This document shows, piece by piece, positions 48,429 to 61,225 of a DNA stretch of 64,000 nt. Both the position numbers and the translations under genes were made by a program. The DNA is from Trichosphaerium sp. ATCC 40318 (taxonomy: Eukaryota > Protista > Tubulinea). Numbering within the stretch: the first letter of the stretch is position 1; each line of letters starts with the position of its first letter. The notes under the pieces are model-generated. The model did no database searches and had not been told where the DNA came from. It worked only from the letters and a program-made list of their open reading frames with translations. Where the stretch lies: NCBI GenBank assembly GCA_038496445.1, contig JALMLS010000149.1, positions 62,001-126,000 on the forward strand, given 5' to 3'.

Positions 48429-51400
48429 TGTCCATTGTTGTAATTACGTGGTACACGCCTATTATTGCCTATATTCATTGGTACTGAGAAACTCCTAAAC
48501 AGCAATGTAAGTACCTTCATTTAGAGGGTTTTTTTTACTCATTTGATTTTTGTTTAGGGTCGTCTTGAAGGAACTAAAACACCACCTGCTGTACTAAGAA
48601 GATCATGCTATCATATTCTTCAGTATCTAGGAAACATGGCACACCTCTTTTACAATCAAACAATCCGTCAGACATTGTTTACAGATATCAAGCTAAAATA
48701 TACTACACACAATCAAGTACTATTTTATTTTCGATTTATACAAGATTAACCATTACTGTAGCTCACTGGATTCGTATCAGAGATGTTACTGAGTAAGCTC
48801 AAAACGGAAGATGATAACCAGAACAGAATATTGTTGATTTGGCATGTAGTAACGTACGTACACTTGTTTGTAAGGACCAAATTTAATTTGTGATTAGGTT
48901 CATGTTTGAAAACGCTGATAATTTGCGTGATTTCCCAAGAGCTGTTGTTATGTTATTAGTAGAGAAGTTGAACGGAGCTCCTTTGGATCCTACTGTAACT
49001 CATGAACTTATTAATGCTCTGGCAGAAATATCTGAGTTATACACGCACGTTGAAAACGAAAAAGAGGTAAAACGTCAAGCTGACACTTGTCAATCAAAAA
49101 AAAAAAATTTAATTGTTCCTTTCTATTGTTGTTGTACGGGAGTTTATATTTTTTAGATCATGGCTAAGTATCTATCTAACTCACTTTGTGATTATATTTG
49201 CAAATTGATGAGCAACTCTACTAATAGCGAAGCTTTGGTTCTTGCATCTTATAATTGCTTGACAAGATGGGTTGTACAGGTACATACTAGCACTCTTTAT
49301 AAAACTCGTAATTAATTGCCATATATAGGGTCAATGGATTGTTAAAATACATGATCGTACTGTTTCTAGACGTATTTTCGAGGTTATTGAAATTGGTAAA
49401 ACTGGCGAGCTTGTACGTACCTGCTTTTTTAGATGATAACAATTTGTTTTTTGATTTAATTTAATTTTTGTTACCACAAATGGTCGAACTGTCATATATT
49501 TACTGTGGCTGTGGTTAATTGTTATTTCAAGGGCAAGAGACCGCATGAAGATGATGAGGACGTCGTACCAGATGCTAAGCAACCACCAAGGAGCTTGTCT
49601 CCAAATCTATCGAGACGTGAAGAAAAATCTCTCAAGGATAGCAAAAAACATGATAGTGACTCACGTCGCAATACAATGGTCTACAATACAACTCCTCAAA
49701 TCAAGGCATGTATCTTCATGTTGCCATCTTATTACTTACTATATCATACAGAAAGCAGCTACAGCACTCAATAATTGCATGCTGCAGCACTTTGATTCGT
49801 ATCCACCACCTTCAGGTCGTTCCTGCTCGTGTCTTCAAAACGAAGAGGTATCTTTTTATTATTGTTTAAATGTGGAAGCTAATGCGGTTTAAAGGATATT
49901 TTAAAGATGACAGGAGTAAAAGGAATACGTGCCGTATCAGTGTTTGCCTTTGATGATACTCTCATTTCCGTCATTCGTCACCCACGTGATTCAAGTACGT
50001 CCGTTCAATCAAGTGCTCAATTCTTATATCGTTCCTTAACAGAGGGTAATTGCTTCTTGCACTTGATGGTGCGCGATCCTATCGGTAAATTTTTGTGGAA
50101 GATTAATCTCGAATATGCTCCAGTAGAGAAGAACAAAGACCCACCTTGTATCCAATGCTGCCTATTTTTTTTTTGGAATGTTTTGTTTTGTTATTTATCT
50201 TTGACTATGCAGATGTACCAACTGTATTCCACGGAAATATGATTGGTGATCATACACCTGGATATGTTGATAAAGCTCTTGTAGATGATTTAAAGTTATA
50301 CCTAAATGATGAAGAGAAGCGTCATCATCAACGTGTCTATGAAAGCGGTATGTACTTTGGATAAAGTCTCACATCTCATAAAAAAATATCTTATCATACT
50401 TTTTTTAGCATCGACACGTAATAGATTAGAACATGCTATGCTCAAACCTATAAAATATAAGTAAGTAAATCATTTAAAATATCTATTGATCCTAACGATT
50501 GTGTAGACAAAAAGTTGACGTGTCTACAAGACCTCGTTCACTCCCAAAGATAGATACTGAACAAGATTTCACACCAATCAGATTATTCCTTATGCACTGG
50601 GGATTCCTTGGATTGGTATGTCGCATTTTACTTTGATTCGTTTCCTCTGATTTTTGTTATAGCCTAATGCAACAAGATTTCACTTATTGCGTACCTTTGA
50701 TGGCTCGGAAGTGTTCAAATACTCAGATAATCTCAAACACCTTGATAGTTTACCAGAGTAAGTCTTTGTCTTTTTTTTTCTTCTTCTCGTGTTAACGTGG
50801 TGCACATAGGCGAGAAACATTCACTGTCGGTATTGTTTATATTCCAAAAGGAGCTTCAAGTGAAGTGGAAGTTTGGGAAGCTGCTAACGTACGACATAAG
50901 TGAGTTTATGTATTTGTAACTAACTTTTTTGTTACTAAAGATCCAAAAGACTTTCTTCAACTTTATTGATCAAGTCGGTTGGGAAATCACTTTATCTCAA
51001 CATACAGGTTTCACAGGACGCCTTAATCCACGTTATACAGGAGATAAAACACGCTACTATGCTGATAGCGCCCAAGAGGTATTTTAGTTGTTGTAGTGTT
51101 TATTATTATTTTACTGACGTATTTCGTAGTTAATATTCCATATTGCTCCACTCATGCCTAATACAATGTACAAGAGATTCCTCATAAAGGAAGATAAGGT
51201 TGCAGTTATGTGGCTCGAAAACGCTATGGACTGGCAACCAAAGAAGAGTGTTGTTTCTGAAGCTGGTGTTATTGTTGGTGTCATTCCTTTAAGCATGGAT
51301 CTGTTCTGGATTAAGATACATACTGAACAGAAGGGATTGATGCAAATCGGACCATTAAGACATGATATGGTAGTAACAAGCCATGTCTTACCAACACTGG

Positions 51401-51611
51401 TTAGACGCACTGTCATTAATGCTTGTAATATGGCCAAGGATCCAACTGCGCCTACACCGTACGATTTTATCATATTTTTTTTTTCTGTTTTTGGTGTTTG
51501 ACTTTTTGTGTTTGTAGGTATTCAACAAGGAAACAATGGATTGAGAATTTTGTGAGAACACAAAAACTTAATGTTGGTTTACGTGATGTTCATACACATA
51601 TGATTGTCTAA
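48429..51611 (+). pseudogene. 5'-truncated second copy of the RalGAP-beta-like gene
   Basis: Matches 36371-39550; lacks promoter and first ~2 kb. Confidence 0.8.
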
Positions 51612-52325
51612 AGAGAGTTAAAAAGTAATGTTTTTTGATTATCAGACAAAGAGTTAATGATGGAGAGTGTAACATAATAAATTGTATAGTGCAAATATTT
51701 GTGATGTTAAGTAAGTATTGAGGAGAAAACCTGCTACTACTTGTTGTAATACGTGATCAGTCGTCAATTTGTACTTAACCAGTTAGGCTGTACACGGTGT
51801 AACGTCAACGGCCGTTTTAAAATACTCAAACAAAAAGGGGAAAAGCAAGCACATCCTGCCACGGCCCCAAGTCAGCTTACAAAGAACAATTGGAGTGGAA
51901 GTGTTCCATGGTTGCCGAGGCTCCTTCCTACTCTATTCCTCCAGTTGTATCTCTGCAGTTTACCCAATATGGTAGCAATAGAAGATGTACTTACATAAGT
52001 AGATTTTGGTAACACCATTTATAAACAGCAACATCGCTTTAGATTTTTTATTGTGGGAAATGGCGTGCCACGTTTCTGCGTTTGGTGGCGTAGGTTTGTC
52101 ACAATAGACTAAATTTAAAAAAAAAAAAGTATGGCACGTAATAAATACTGTTCTATGCGCGTGTACTAACTCCACTGAGTAAGAAAGCAAATGAGAACAT
52201 TTGTGTTGGCAAAGAATTGAATTCAGTTAAACCCAACTTCTTTTTAGAAATACTTCTGTTGACCAATGTACTTGTTAGATACGATTCTACAAGCCTTAAA
52301 TCTATAACATCATCTTTGTTACTCA

Positions 52326-53127
52326 ATGACATCGTACATTAACTCTGTTTCTGTTCCTGGATGGCATATTAAAGTTGTTGAAGGTACCTACGCGTCTAAT
52401 AAAACGTATCGAGGCAAATACGTTATTAATAAAGTGATTTGGTACGTTTAAGGAGTAAACTCTACACCAACTATGTTTCCTGCGTTTCTACCATTTCAAT
52501 GAACCTAAAATTGACGTATAGGTATGCTCTACGCTTTATATCAAGTGACGGCAAGTACACAGTGAAATTGGGCGAGTACACATTATTGTCTGACGCAGAA
52601 AAGGCTCTACAAAAACAACAACAAGACCCCAAACTCATTCCTCACAGTGCTGTGATTTATATCAAGCATTTAACGTGCGCTCTCAGAGATTTACGAACGC
52701 TGACCAATAACGCTTAGATATACGCACTATGGTATCTACGATAGAAATCAAGATCAAGTGATAGAATACCCAGACCAAGTAATAGAGCGTGCACGTTCGA
52801 AAATAGGATCAAAGGACTATTCTCTCTTTAATCGTAACTGTGAGCACTTTGCCATGTGGGCAAAGACAGGCGAATGCTTTAGCACACAAGTAAGTCAATA
52901 TTAAAGCCATTAAAGGCCTAGATGATCTGATATCTTTGTTTTAGGTTGTAAAACAAACAAAGACAGCTGCAACCGTTTTACCCTATGTTAGTCAGTTTGT
53001 AGGACACCTTGCTAATCATTGGAGTGATAGTCAGACTTTAAAAGAGACAATAAAAGTTGTAGACGGGTTACATAAGTTTGCAGTATCTGAGCATGAGGAA
53101 TCAAAGAAGAAACGAACAACATTCTGA
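52326..53127 (+). CDS. LRAT-domain protein, copy B, with in-frame 35-codon deletion
   Basis: QVIEY joins directly to PDQVIER; offset shift 12055 to 11950 = 105 bp. Confidence 0.75.
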
Positions 53128-53149
53128 AGTTGTTTGGAAAAACCCAATA

Positions 53150-55287
53150 AATGTAAATACGTTGTGACTGTAGTGATAGTAAAAATAAACATAGTTATCC
53201 TTATTGTCTTGAAGCATAGCCTTTCTGTTGAGGAGTACAAGCATAGATTTGTGATACCAACAGCTTGCAATCGCTTGTACTTAAGAAGTAGGTTAAAGAG
53301 TCTTTCAGCGTGCGAAATGAGCACTTGTTGCTAAATCAATCTGGTTGTAAGTTTGAGAGATTACTATTTCGGCTGTATACATATAAGCACTGGATGTCGC
53401 GTTGGTGAGCATATTTAGTTCCATCATCGCCACATGATAAACCTGGTGTTGAAAATAGAGTTGGCAAGACAGATTGCTATCCAACAAAATAATAAAAACA
53501 GTTGAAGTACACATTTATGTTCAGAACATTTTTTAATAAACTCAGAAAGTACAATCAACATCTCGCGTCTTGTTTGAAGTTCATTTAACACTCTGCTACA
53601 GGCAGAAACCTTCAAAATCTGATAATCTATTTAAATAAGCATTCGCTGTTACTTGATAAAATCTCTGTGCTAGAGTTTCCGGCGAATAGAATTGCCAATA
53701 TGTAATGGGATATTCTGTTTGTTTCACTATTTTGATATCCTGACAAAATAACTTGACAAGGAATTCTGCAATAGCATCAATTGTAGCTACACAAAAAAAG
53801 TCAGAAAAAACAACGAATACGACAAAAAAGCAAAGAGACTACCTTCAGGGCAGTCTGGAAACACCTTACAGAAATCGGTTGGTATAACACTTTCATCTCT
53901 GTACATAGCCAAATTGATAGCAAGAAAATTGCCTGTTTTGCAAAGGGAACGTGACCACAACGAGAAGTTATGTATTGATCTGTGAAGTTTTGTGCCAAAT
54001 ATTTGATCAGGTACATTGTAGTCAGCAAGTACAATATTGTAGACAACAAAGTATTCGAATCTATCATAGTCACAAGCTTGCTTAAATAGCTTGTGAGACA
54101 TTGAAGGATACATTGTCAAACTATGATAACGTTAAATGACACTATTGGGAGTAATTGGTGTTTCACATACTTTAATGTCCATTGGTTGTAGTAACAAATG
54201 TATTCAGAAGGTAAATCAGTATGTAGAAGTGTACACGGCATATTAATGATGTCATCGGCAGTCACGACATACTGTTCATCAAGTATTCTTGGAGCAGCCT
54301 CTTCAAAACTATTACAAATGTAAGTACCTTCCATTGGAAACAATAATGTACTAAGATTGTTGAGTCTCGTCTGTGGCGTCATTTATAGCTTCACTTGTAT
54401 TAACACCTTCACTTACCAATTTCAAAGCAACTTTGGTCTTGATTGCATCAACACAAGCGCTCTAGTAGGTTGCTAAGTGTAGGTCCAAAAAACCAGAAAA
54501 AGTAAATGTTGTATTGTTCTTGTACTGATGGTTTATCTTTTGATACTTTCACTGCAACTGAGAATGCATATTTTTGGATACACTCCTTGAATGGAGAAAA
54601 GTCTGGTGACACTGCGAACTGTGCAAAACCTATCATATTTTTGAGAAAGAAAATGACTTTTGAATTGATTTTGTTTCTCACCTCCAAGACACATGTGTAT
54701 ATTATCACCAAGAAAAAATACTTGTGACATGTTTCGATCCGCTTGTCGTTCTTTCCGCATAATACTACGGATTTCTTTGTCACTTGACTTTTGTTGTTTA
54801 CTTCTCTTCTTAAAACGGTTCGTATGTCTTATCTTTGTGATTGTTCTTGGCACCGTGTATGGGTTTAAACCTGCATTGTAATACTTTTTAAGAAAGCTAT
54901 GTGTCTTGGCCCTTGTCTATTAAAGTGGGTAAGTAATACACAAGGTAGTACACAACAATAAAATGCAAACATACCCTACTGACTTGGAATAGCTCTTTGA
55001 ATTCATGCTGACAATACAACGCATACGGTTTCGCAGTTTGAGCAATTGATAAAATAGACATCCCATCAAGAAAGCTTATCACGTGCCACACAATCTCAGT
55101 TGGAAGTTCTAAAAATCAATATCACTTCGTTTGTAGTTTTCGAGTTAGTACCTGTAAAATCAGTAAACGTGGAGGAGTTGCCAGACTCGGAGTCAACCGT
55201 GATTGTTGTGGATTTGTTTTTCTTGTATCGAGTTGATATGAACGGCTCGTTGTTAGATACGATGTATTGGTGAATGCTAATGTACAA
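53150..55287 (-). CDS. Multi-exon F-box protein, copy B (3' end approximate)
   Basis: Same exons as 41200-43337 but TAC instead of TAG at the EYIC-Y codon. Confidence 0.6.
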
Positions 55288-55765
55288 GTTACCGAAACGT
55301 TAAAAGCGTCAAATAAGCACAAAATCGAAACAATTCAAGCGTAAAATAGCGTTTCATGTATGAATTGTACATAAAGGATCAAAATAGCGCTTTTGTTATA
55401 AAACGCGACTTGTACCCTTTGCAAGCTTCCAGTAATGACGTAGACGCCGAATGAGATAGTTTTAGAGCTTGTGACGCAAGAACATCTTGAAGGATTTGTT
55501 TTTTCTAGATTACGGCTTAGATTAGCGTCTTTGAGTCAACATTAACCTTTCTTAAAGTGATAACATCAAGACCTTCCATTGCGCTTGCAAAATACAGTGA
55601 CAACTATTTTATTGTTGCAGTTTTCTTCACTTTTCTACGTGTCTTATTCTTTTTCTTCTGGAAAATCACGTGCAAGTGACAGACCAGTCGCAAAGGAAAG
55701 TAGACATTTTCTTTGTGTTCAAAATATACGTCAGTCAAAAGGAAAGAAATTACGACGTACATTAG

Positions 55766-57104
55766 CTCCTTACGTGTAGTAAAAAAAAAAGTTACGTGGA
55801 GTAAAAGTATTTCGTCATTTATTTTTACTGATGTGATCTTTTGTGTACAAAGTCACATTGAATAGCAAGCTAGCTGCCTTGCGCCTACGAGTGGTGAATT
55901 TCGGCGTTTTATGAGGTGTCATACTGTCGATAATGGCATGTAAAGATGTTAAGGTCAGTTTCATAAGACCTCCTGTCATGCGACATTTCTCATTTTGCAC
56001 CTGACCCTTTTCAACATTACACCATGGCAGCTGGTTGGCCTTATCCACAGAGCAAAATTTGGCCTTATAAAAGGAATGCAAAACGGCTTTGTCAGTTCTG
56101 GGACGGCCTACAAATAAATCAAGCTCTTTTTCTGCATTTTCAAGTAGATTTGGATTTGTGGCTCGAAGAATGCGATTGATCAAAACAGGCTTGTTGCCAT
56201 CTGATTTAAGTAGTAGCTTCTTGCATATAGACTGAAGCTCTGTTTTGTGTTTGGATTTTAGAGTTTCCTCTGTCCATCTCAATATATTTTGTTGTTTTTT
56301 TGCTTGTTGCTTGCTGCAGTTGTAACAAGACCATGAATCACCCTTAACATTTCCCTTGTGCTCCTCAGAATACCAATTAAGACATTTAGAGCAATACCAA
56401 AGTTCACAATCATCACACAAAATAATTTCAGGTCCATCAATTTCTTTGTTTTCAAATTTACATTCATCTATGCAATGATATTCAACAGCATCAGGGAGGG
56501 GTTTGAGAAGGATTTTTTCTTTCTCCTGCAATACTTTAACATCTTTTAAAGAGGGTCCACTCTGATTCTAGTTCATACAGCCACAGAATTCCAAAATATT
56601 TCATAATCTCAGAAACAGCTATTGGCGTCTTCCAAAATGAATTTAACTTGACACCTTTTTTTGTTCAGGCAGTGTATATAATACCTTGTTGAGCTTCAGA
56701 GCATGTTGCAAGATATTCCCAGACTCTTATCAGAACCAGCTTTGAATAAATAGATTTAACTGAGTAATTACTAATATTCCCTCTGTCAAACAATGCAAAA
56801 TTAGGTTCTGATACTTGAACTTGCTTTGACTCTTTGATGTAGTGGAATTCCTCATTTAACACTTCCCAACCTTGTTTTTTTACTTTGAAAAGGCTCTCAG
56901 AGATTTGTACTAGATAGGCACGCTGTTTGGCAGCGTTTTCTTTGCTGTGGTTGTATTCTACGGGCTTTTTCTGCTGCTCTTTTTACATTTTGCCTGTCTG
57001 CGTTATTTTGCACTTTGGCCTCCAGACCGCTGATGTCCATCACGTAAAAAGGTATGCAGGCACAAAAAGAAGACGTTTTACTAATATTTACTACACGTAA
57101 GGAG
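55766..57104 (-). mobile_element. piggyBac-like non-autonomous DNA transposon, 1339 bp, 18-bp TIR, 5-bp TSD ATTAG
   Basis: CTCCTTACGTGTAGTAAA at 55766 and its inverse ending 57104; ATTAG at 55761-55765 and 57105-57109; empty site GTAC-ATTAG-GTCAA at 43807-43820. Confidence 0.93.
55815..56531 (-). pseudogene. Transposase remnant: PHD-like finger, SAP domain and piggyBac-like C-terminal catalytic segment
   Basis: IILCDDCELWYCSKC...WSCYNC; LKSKHKTELQSICKKLLLKSDGNKPVLINRIL; LHSFYKAKFCSVDKANQL resembles piggyBac YNxxMGGVDxxDQ. Confidence 0.7.
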
Positions 57105-57285
57105 ATTAGGTCAAATTAAGTATTAAATCACGTGGACTTACCAATTACGCCACTCGTTATCTTTATCTAATAACGACCTAACACTTATACGCATTGGGCG
57201 ACTTAGAAAGGGTTGCAGCACACGGTATCACTTAATACTTCCAAAAAAAAGTTAACGGTAGCTTTCCCACGTTTCAAATAGCATA

Positions 57286-58215
57286 ATGGACCGTCAAACA
57301 AAGGCAGTATCCACGTATCACCAAGCATACAGCAAACCAAGTAATATTGAGCTTTTGGAGATGCCCACAGAGATACTTACCCACTTACTACAGTTCTTGA
57401 AGAGACGTGATCGATTTAAAACATCCCAGAGCTGTATGCGATTATCTAGCATCATTCGACATAACATTGGATACCATTCTATCCAAATCAAATCAAGTGA
57501 ATGTTGTAGACTACTTTCTGGAAGCCCACTTCTAAAAAACACAAGACTATGTTTCAATTCATTCCCTCGTGCAAAAGACGAAGATATATCTATTCTTAAT
57601 GGTGTTAAATCTTTATTCCTTTGTATCAACAGATACATTACAGATGAAGCCATAAAGAACCTTTGTGGTGTTGAACGCTTAATGTTATATAAGTGTCCAG
57701 GTATCACAGACATAGGTTTAATATCAGTTGCGAAGGACCTCAAGTGGATTCATCTCAACTCTTCTGAAATAACAAATATTGGACTTAAAGCTCTTTCTGG
57801 AGTACCACAGATTTTTGTGTCAGGGTGTAAGGTTATAAATGATGATGTATTGTCAGTACTATCTGGTGTGCATACAATTAATTTGAATAGGTGTAACCGC
57901 ATCACAGATGAGGGGATCTCATATTTAGCTGGTGTACATACAATAAACTTGAACGAAACACCAGTAACAGATAAAGGCGTTTCAGCTCTGGTTGGTGTTC
58001 ATTCAATTACTCTTCGATGCTGTGAGCTTTTAACTGGATCATGTATGGAAAGCCTAGCTACTGCACACTTGATTGATCTATCACATACAAAAGCAACAGA
58101 TGATTGGCTTACTCCACTATCAGGTGTTAAGGTGTTAATACTGTCAGGTTGCAAAAATGTTTCAGAAAAATGTGTGGCCGAGCTCAAAAACAAGGGCGTG
58201 AGCGTTAGAAAGTAA
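57286..58215 (+). CDS. Intronless F-box/LRR protein (309 aa), copy B
   Basis: As 43991-44920 with 8 amino-acid differences. Confidence 0.88.
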   Translation: MDRQTKAVSTYHQAYSKPSNIELLEMPTEILTHLLQFLKRRDRFKTSQSCMRLSSIIRHNIGYHSIQIKSSECCRLLSGSPLLKNTRLCFNSFPRAKDEDISILNGVKSLFLCINRYITDEAIKNLCGVERLMLYKCPGITDIGLISVAKDLKWIHLNSSEITNIGLKALSGVPQIFVSGCKVINDDVLSVLSGVHTINLNRCNRITDEGISYLAGVHTINLNETPVTDKGVSALVGVHSITLRCCELLTGSCMESLATAHLIDLSHTKATDDWLTPLSGVKVLILSGCKNVSEKCVAELKNKGVSVRK

Positions 58216-58617
58216 TAACCAAATGCTCTCTGTCGTTAAGTTACCAATGTACTAAAGCAATGAGGTAACTTCCATACTTGAGAGTTTGACAATCTGAACT
58301 TCATCAGCTGTTTTTACCAACACTGACGAGTAAGGAACCCCTTTGATATCATTTGGAAGCCTACCTCTGTCCAAAAATAAATAGCCATTTACGATATGAA
58401 ATAACTTCTGGTTAATAGAAAACCAAGCAGTATGGTTAAGAAGTTATTTTCTTTGGTTTATTGGGTTTGTCTCCAAGGCTGGTTGCCAACTCAGAGCTCC
58501 AAACACTCTTTAATTGGAATTACAAGCACTCACAAAGTACATCTCTGTTTGCTCAAAGCAATGTAATCCGTGTTTGTTTGGTTTTTTTAGTGTTAGATTT
58601 TTTTTTTGATGTTTGAA

Positions 58618-61084
58618 TTACTCTTCCATTGCATCGCCTGAAACCTTAGTAGACTCATCTTCAACGGAAAGACCTGCCACCATTGTATCCAATGTCACCT
58701 TTAGTTCTATTTTTGCAGTAGTTGCATCCTTTCCACCAAGATTACTTGCAAATTCTAAAAAAAATTAATCAAAATGAAACTACCAAAACAGTTTCACTGT
58801 CATTACAGTACTTATACACGTGGTACAAAAGAGCGTAGATATTTTGTTACAAATTACAACCCAAAAGAGGTTCATACCTTTAATATACGAAATGACATCA
58901 GCCAAGCTGTGTCCTTGAAGTTCCAAAAGCTCCAAACATTTTTCCTTTAGTTTTTCATTTGAACTACACACAATCCCAATAACATAGTCAACATATTGTA
59001 GTGTAAATAATCCAGCATCTAAACGTTCCATATAGAAATCTAACTCATCTTCTTCTGTAAGTTCAAGACCCTGAAGAAAAAGATTAAAAAATACAAGAAA
59101 GAAACGAGAATCGAACTCAACAACAAATTTCTCGTCTGCAACCAACTGTCGCCTTATAAAATAATGTACATACCTGTTTTACAAGTACATTACGTTGTTT
59201 ACTTATTTTAGCATCAGCACTACGAACACGTGTGACATATGTATCGTGTAATTCAATGAGCCTCTCAATCTTTTCAAAATTTGTTTCAGCAAACTTTGCC
59301 AAAACTCTACCCCACAAGTTACCTTCTGGAGACAGATGGGTAAACAGTGATGCAATGATAGACATGCAATGCTCTAAGAGAAATATTAATATTAACTTAA
59401 CATTTTTATTTCTAAATCACGTGATTGATTGAACGTACCATCATCTTCTAAAGTTGAAAATCCTTTTTTATGTTTTTGTGCTCCTTTCTTCATAAAAGCA
59501 GCAAAAAGAGTTCCTAATCCAGGTATCTCAACCCATCGTTTACAATTATTAACATCTTCTTGCATTGCAAAGCTCAATAGCTTAAGTGCGCATTTTCTAG
59601 CGAATCTCTTATTCCTACAACAGAAGTTAAGGTACAAAGGCAGTAGCGTCGCGAGCAACAAAATGTCAAATGACAGAATTTTTCTTATATTTTTCTGACT
59701 TTGGCCGATTAATCGAACTGATTACGTACTTGATAATTTTTTGCATCAAACGTAATCCTTGAGCTTCAGTAAAGTATTTTTTGTTCTCTTTAAGAACAAT
59801 AGTATTACATAAACAATTAAACAAGTTCTCAACCATTTCTTCTTCTTCAGATGAAGGAGGGTTCTTTTTTTGATAAAGAGCAATTGCAGATAATAGCGTA
59901 TTAATACCATTGGAAGCACCAAATTCTATTTGATTTTTCTTTGAGTTTTGTAGTAGAATAAAGAGAATCTCAGCGCAGTATCTAGGAAGATTGTGAGACG
60001 AATACAAAGATGTTTTATAATACCATACCCTTTAATCTCCTCGAATTTCGGCTTTTTTAAGCGGTTCAAGAGCCATTTCATGATAGAAGTCTTTTCTACT
60101 AAAGAGCGTGCAAGAAGTGGTTCAATTTCAATTATATTTTCAACAATTTCCAGAGTAGCAAAAACACCTATGATCGAAATTAGATGTAAAAAAAAGTCAT
60201 GACATTTTACCTTTTTTATCTTCGAATTGTGACTCATCAAAACGGTGTATTGTTTGTATAATGCACTCAAGTAGTTGGTTATCAATCTATACATAATAAA
60301 AATAAGACAAAAGATTCAATACTGGTCATAAGTAATGACAACAATGAGAATAACCGAAAGACAATTCAGTCAAAAAAAAGTAAAAGAAAAAATAAAACAG
60401 CACAAGAAACTCACCATTTTCTCTACCAAATATGACACCTGGTCTGGAGCATCCTCTTCGTTTGTATAAACACTTTCATCGGTCAAATCACGTATAAGTG
60501 TAATCACATCAATGCAAATGTCAGTATTCTCATGTTGGAATAAGGAAAGCAAGGTTTCATGGCACTTGAGGCGGACTAGTTCTCTAGTTGATAAATATTA
60601 GCGGGCGGTTTTGTAGCTTAGCAGACGGGATTTGGCGTAAAACAACATAAAACCAATCATATGAAGTTAGGTATTACTTACGGGTACAAATAAGGGTTCG
60701 TTGCGATTTGTGTGAAGTCCTTTATGGCATTATCTAGTTCTATCTCTGACGTGACAAATCTGACATTATTAGCGCTTATTCGGGCGATTGAGCGTACTTT
60801 TCAGGCTTACTGGCAAATTTAATGCGCATTTGTTGATTTCTGGTTAATACGCGCTCTAGATTAAGAACCAAGCGCTTAAGACCTGTTAAATCCACTTCTT
60901 GTACCTATCCACTCTGTTAATAAACAAATACTGGCTATAGGTCTGTACGAACATCCTCTGCTTGGTCTAATAGCCGTTGAATGGTTTCTTCATCAAGGTC
61001 TTCCAAGTCCACTTCATCAAGGTCTATTTCAGCAAGGTTTGCTCCATCATCTACTTTCTGGCGCTTCGCTGGTCTAGCTGTCAT
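58618..61084 (-). CDS. CTNNBL1: Beta-catenin-like protein 1, copy B
   Basis: Same exon set as 45323-47787. Confidence 0.9.
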
Positions 61085-61225
61085 TTTGCAATGATTACGC
61101 TTTGCTTTCGACACGTTAGAGCTTCGATAAGGCAGGAGGACTTAACATTGCGATAGAAAGTTTTTTTTGTTCGCCCCGATACCATACTAGAGCACACGAG
61201 TGACTTGTTTGCAGTATACGAACCA

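Noticed and set aside
47929-51611. Functional TMEM135-RalGAP fusion gene at the duplication junction
   Set aside because: The TMEM frame enters RalGAP sequence out of frame and stops at 48485-48487
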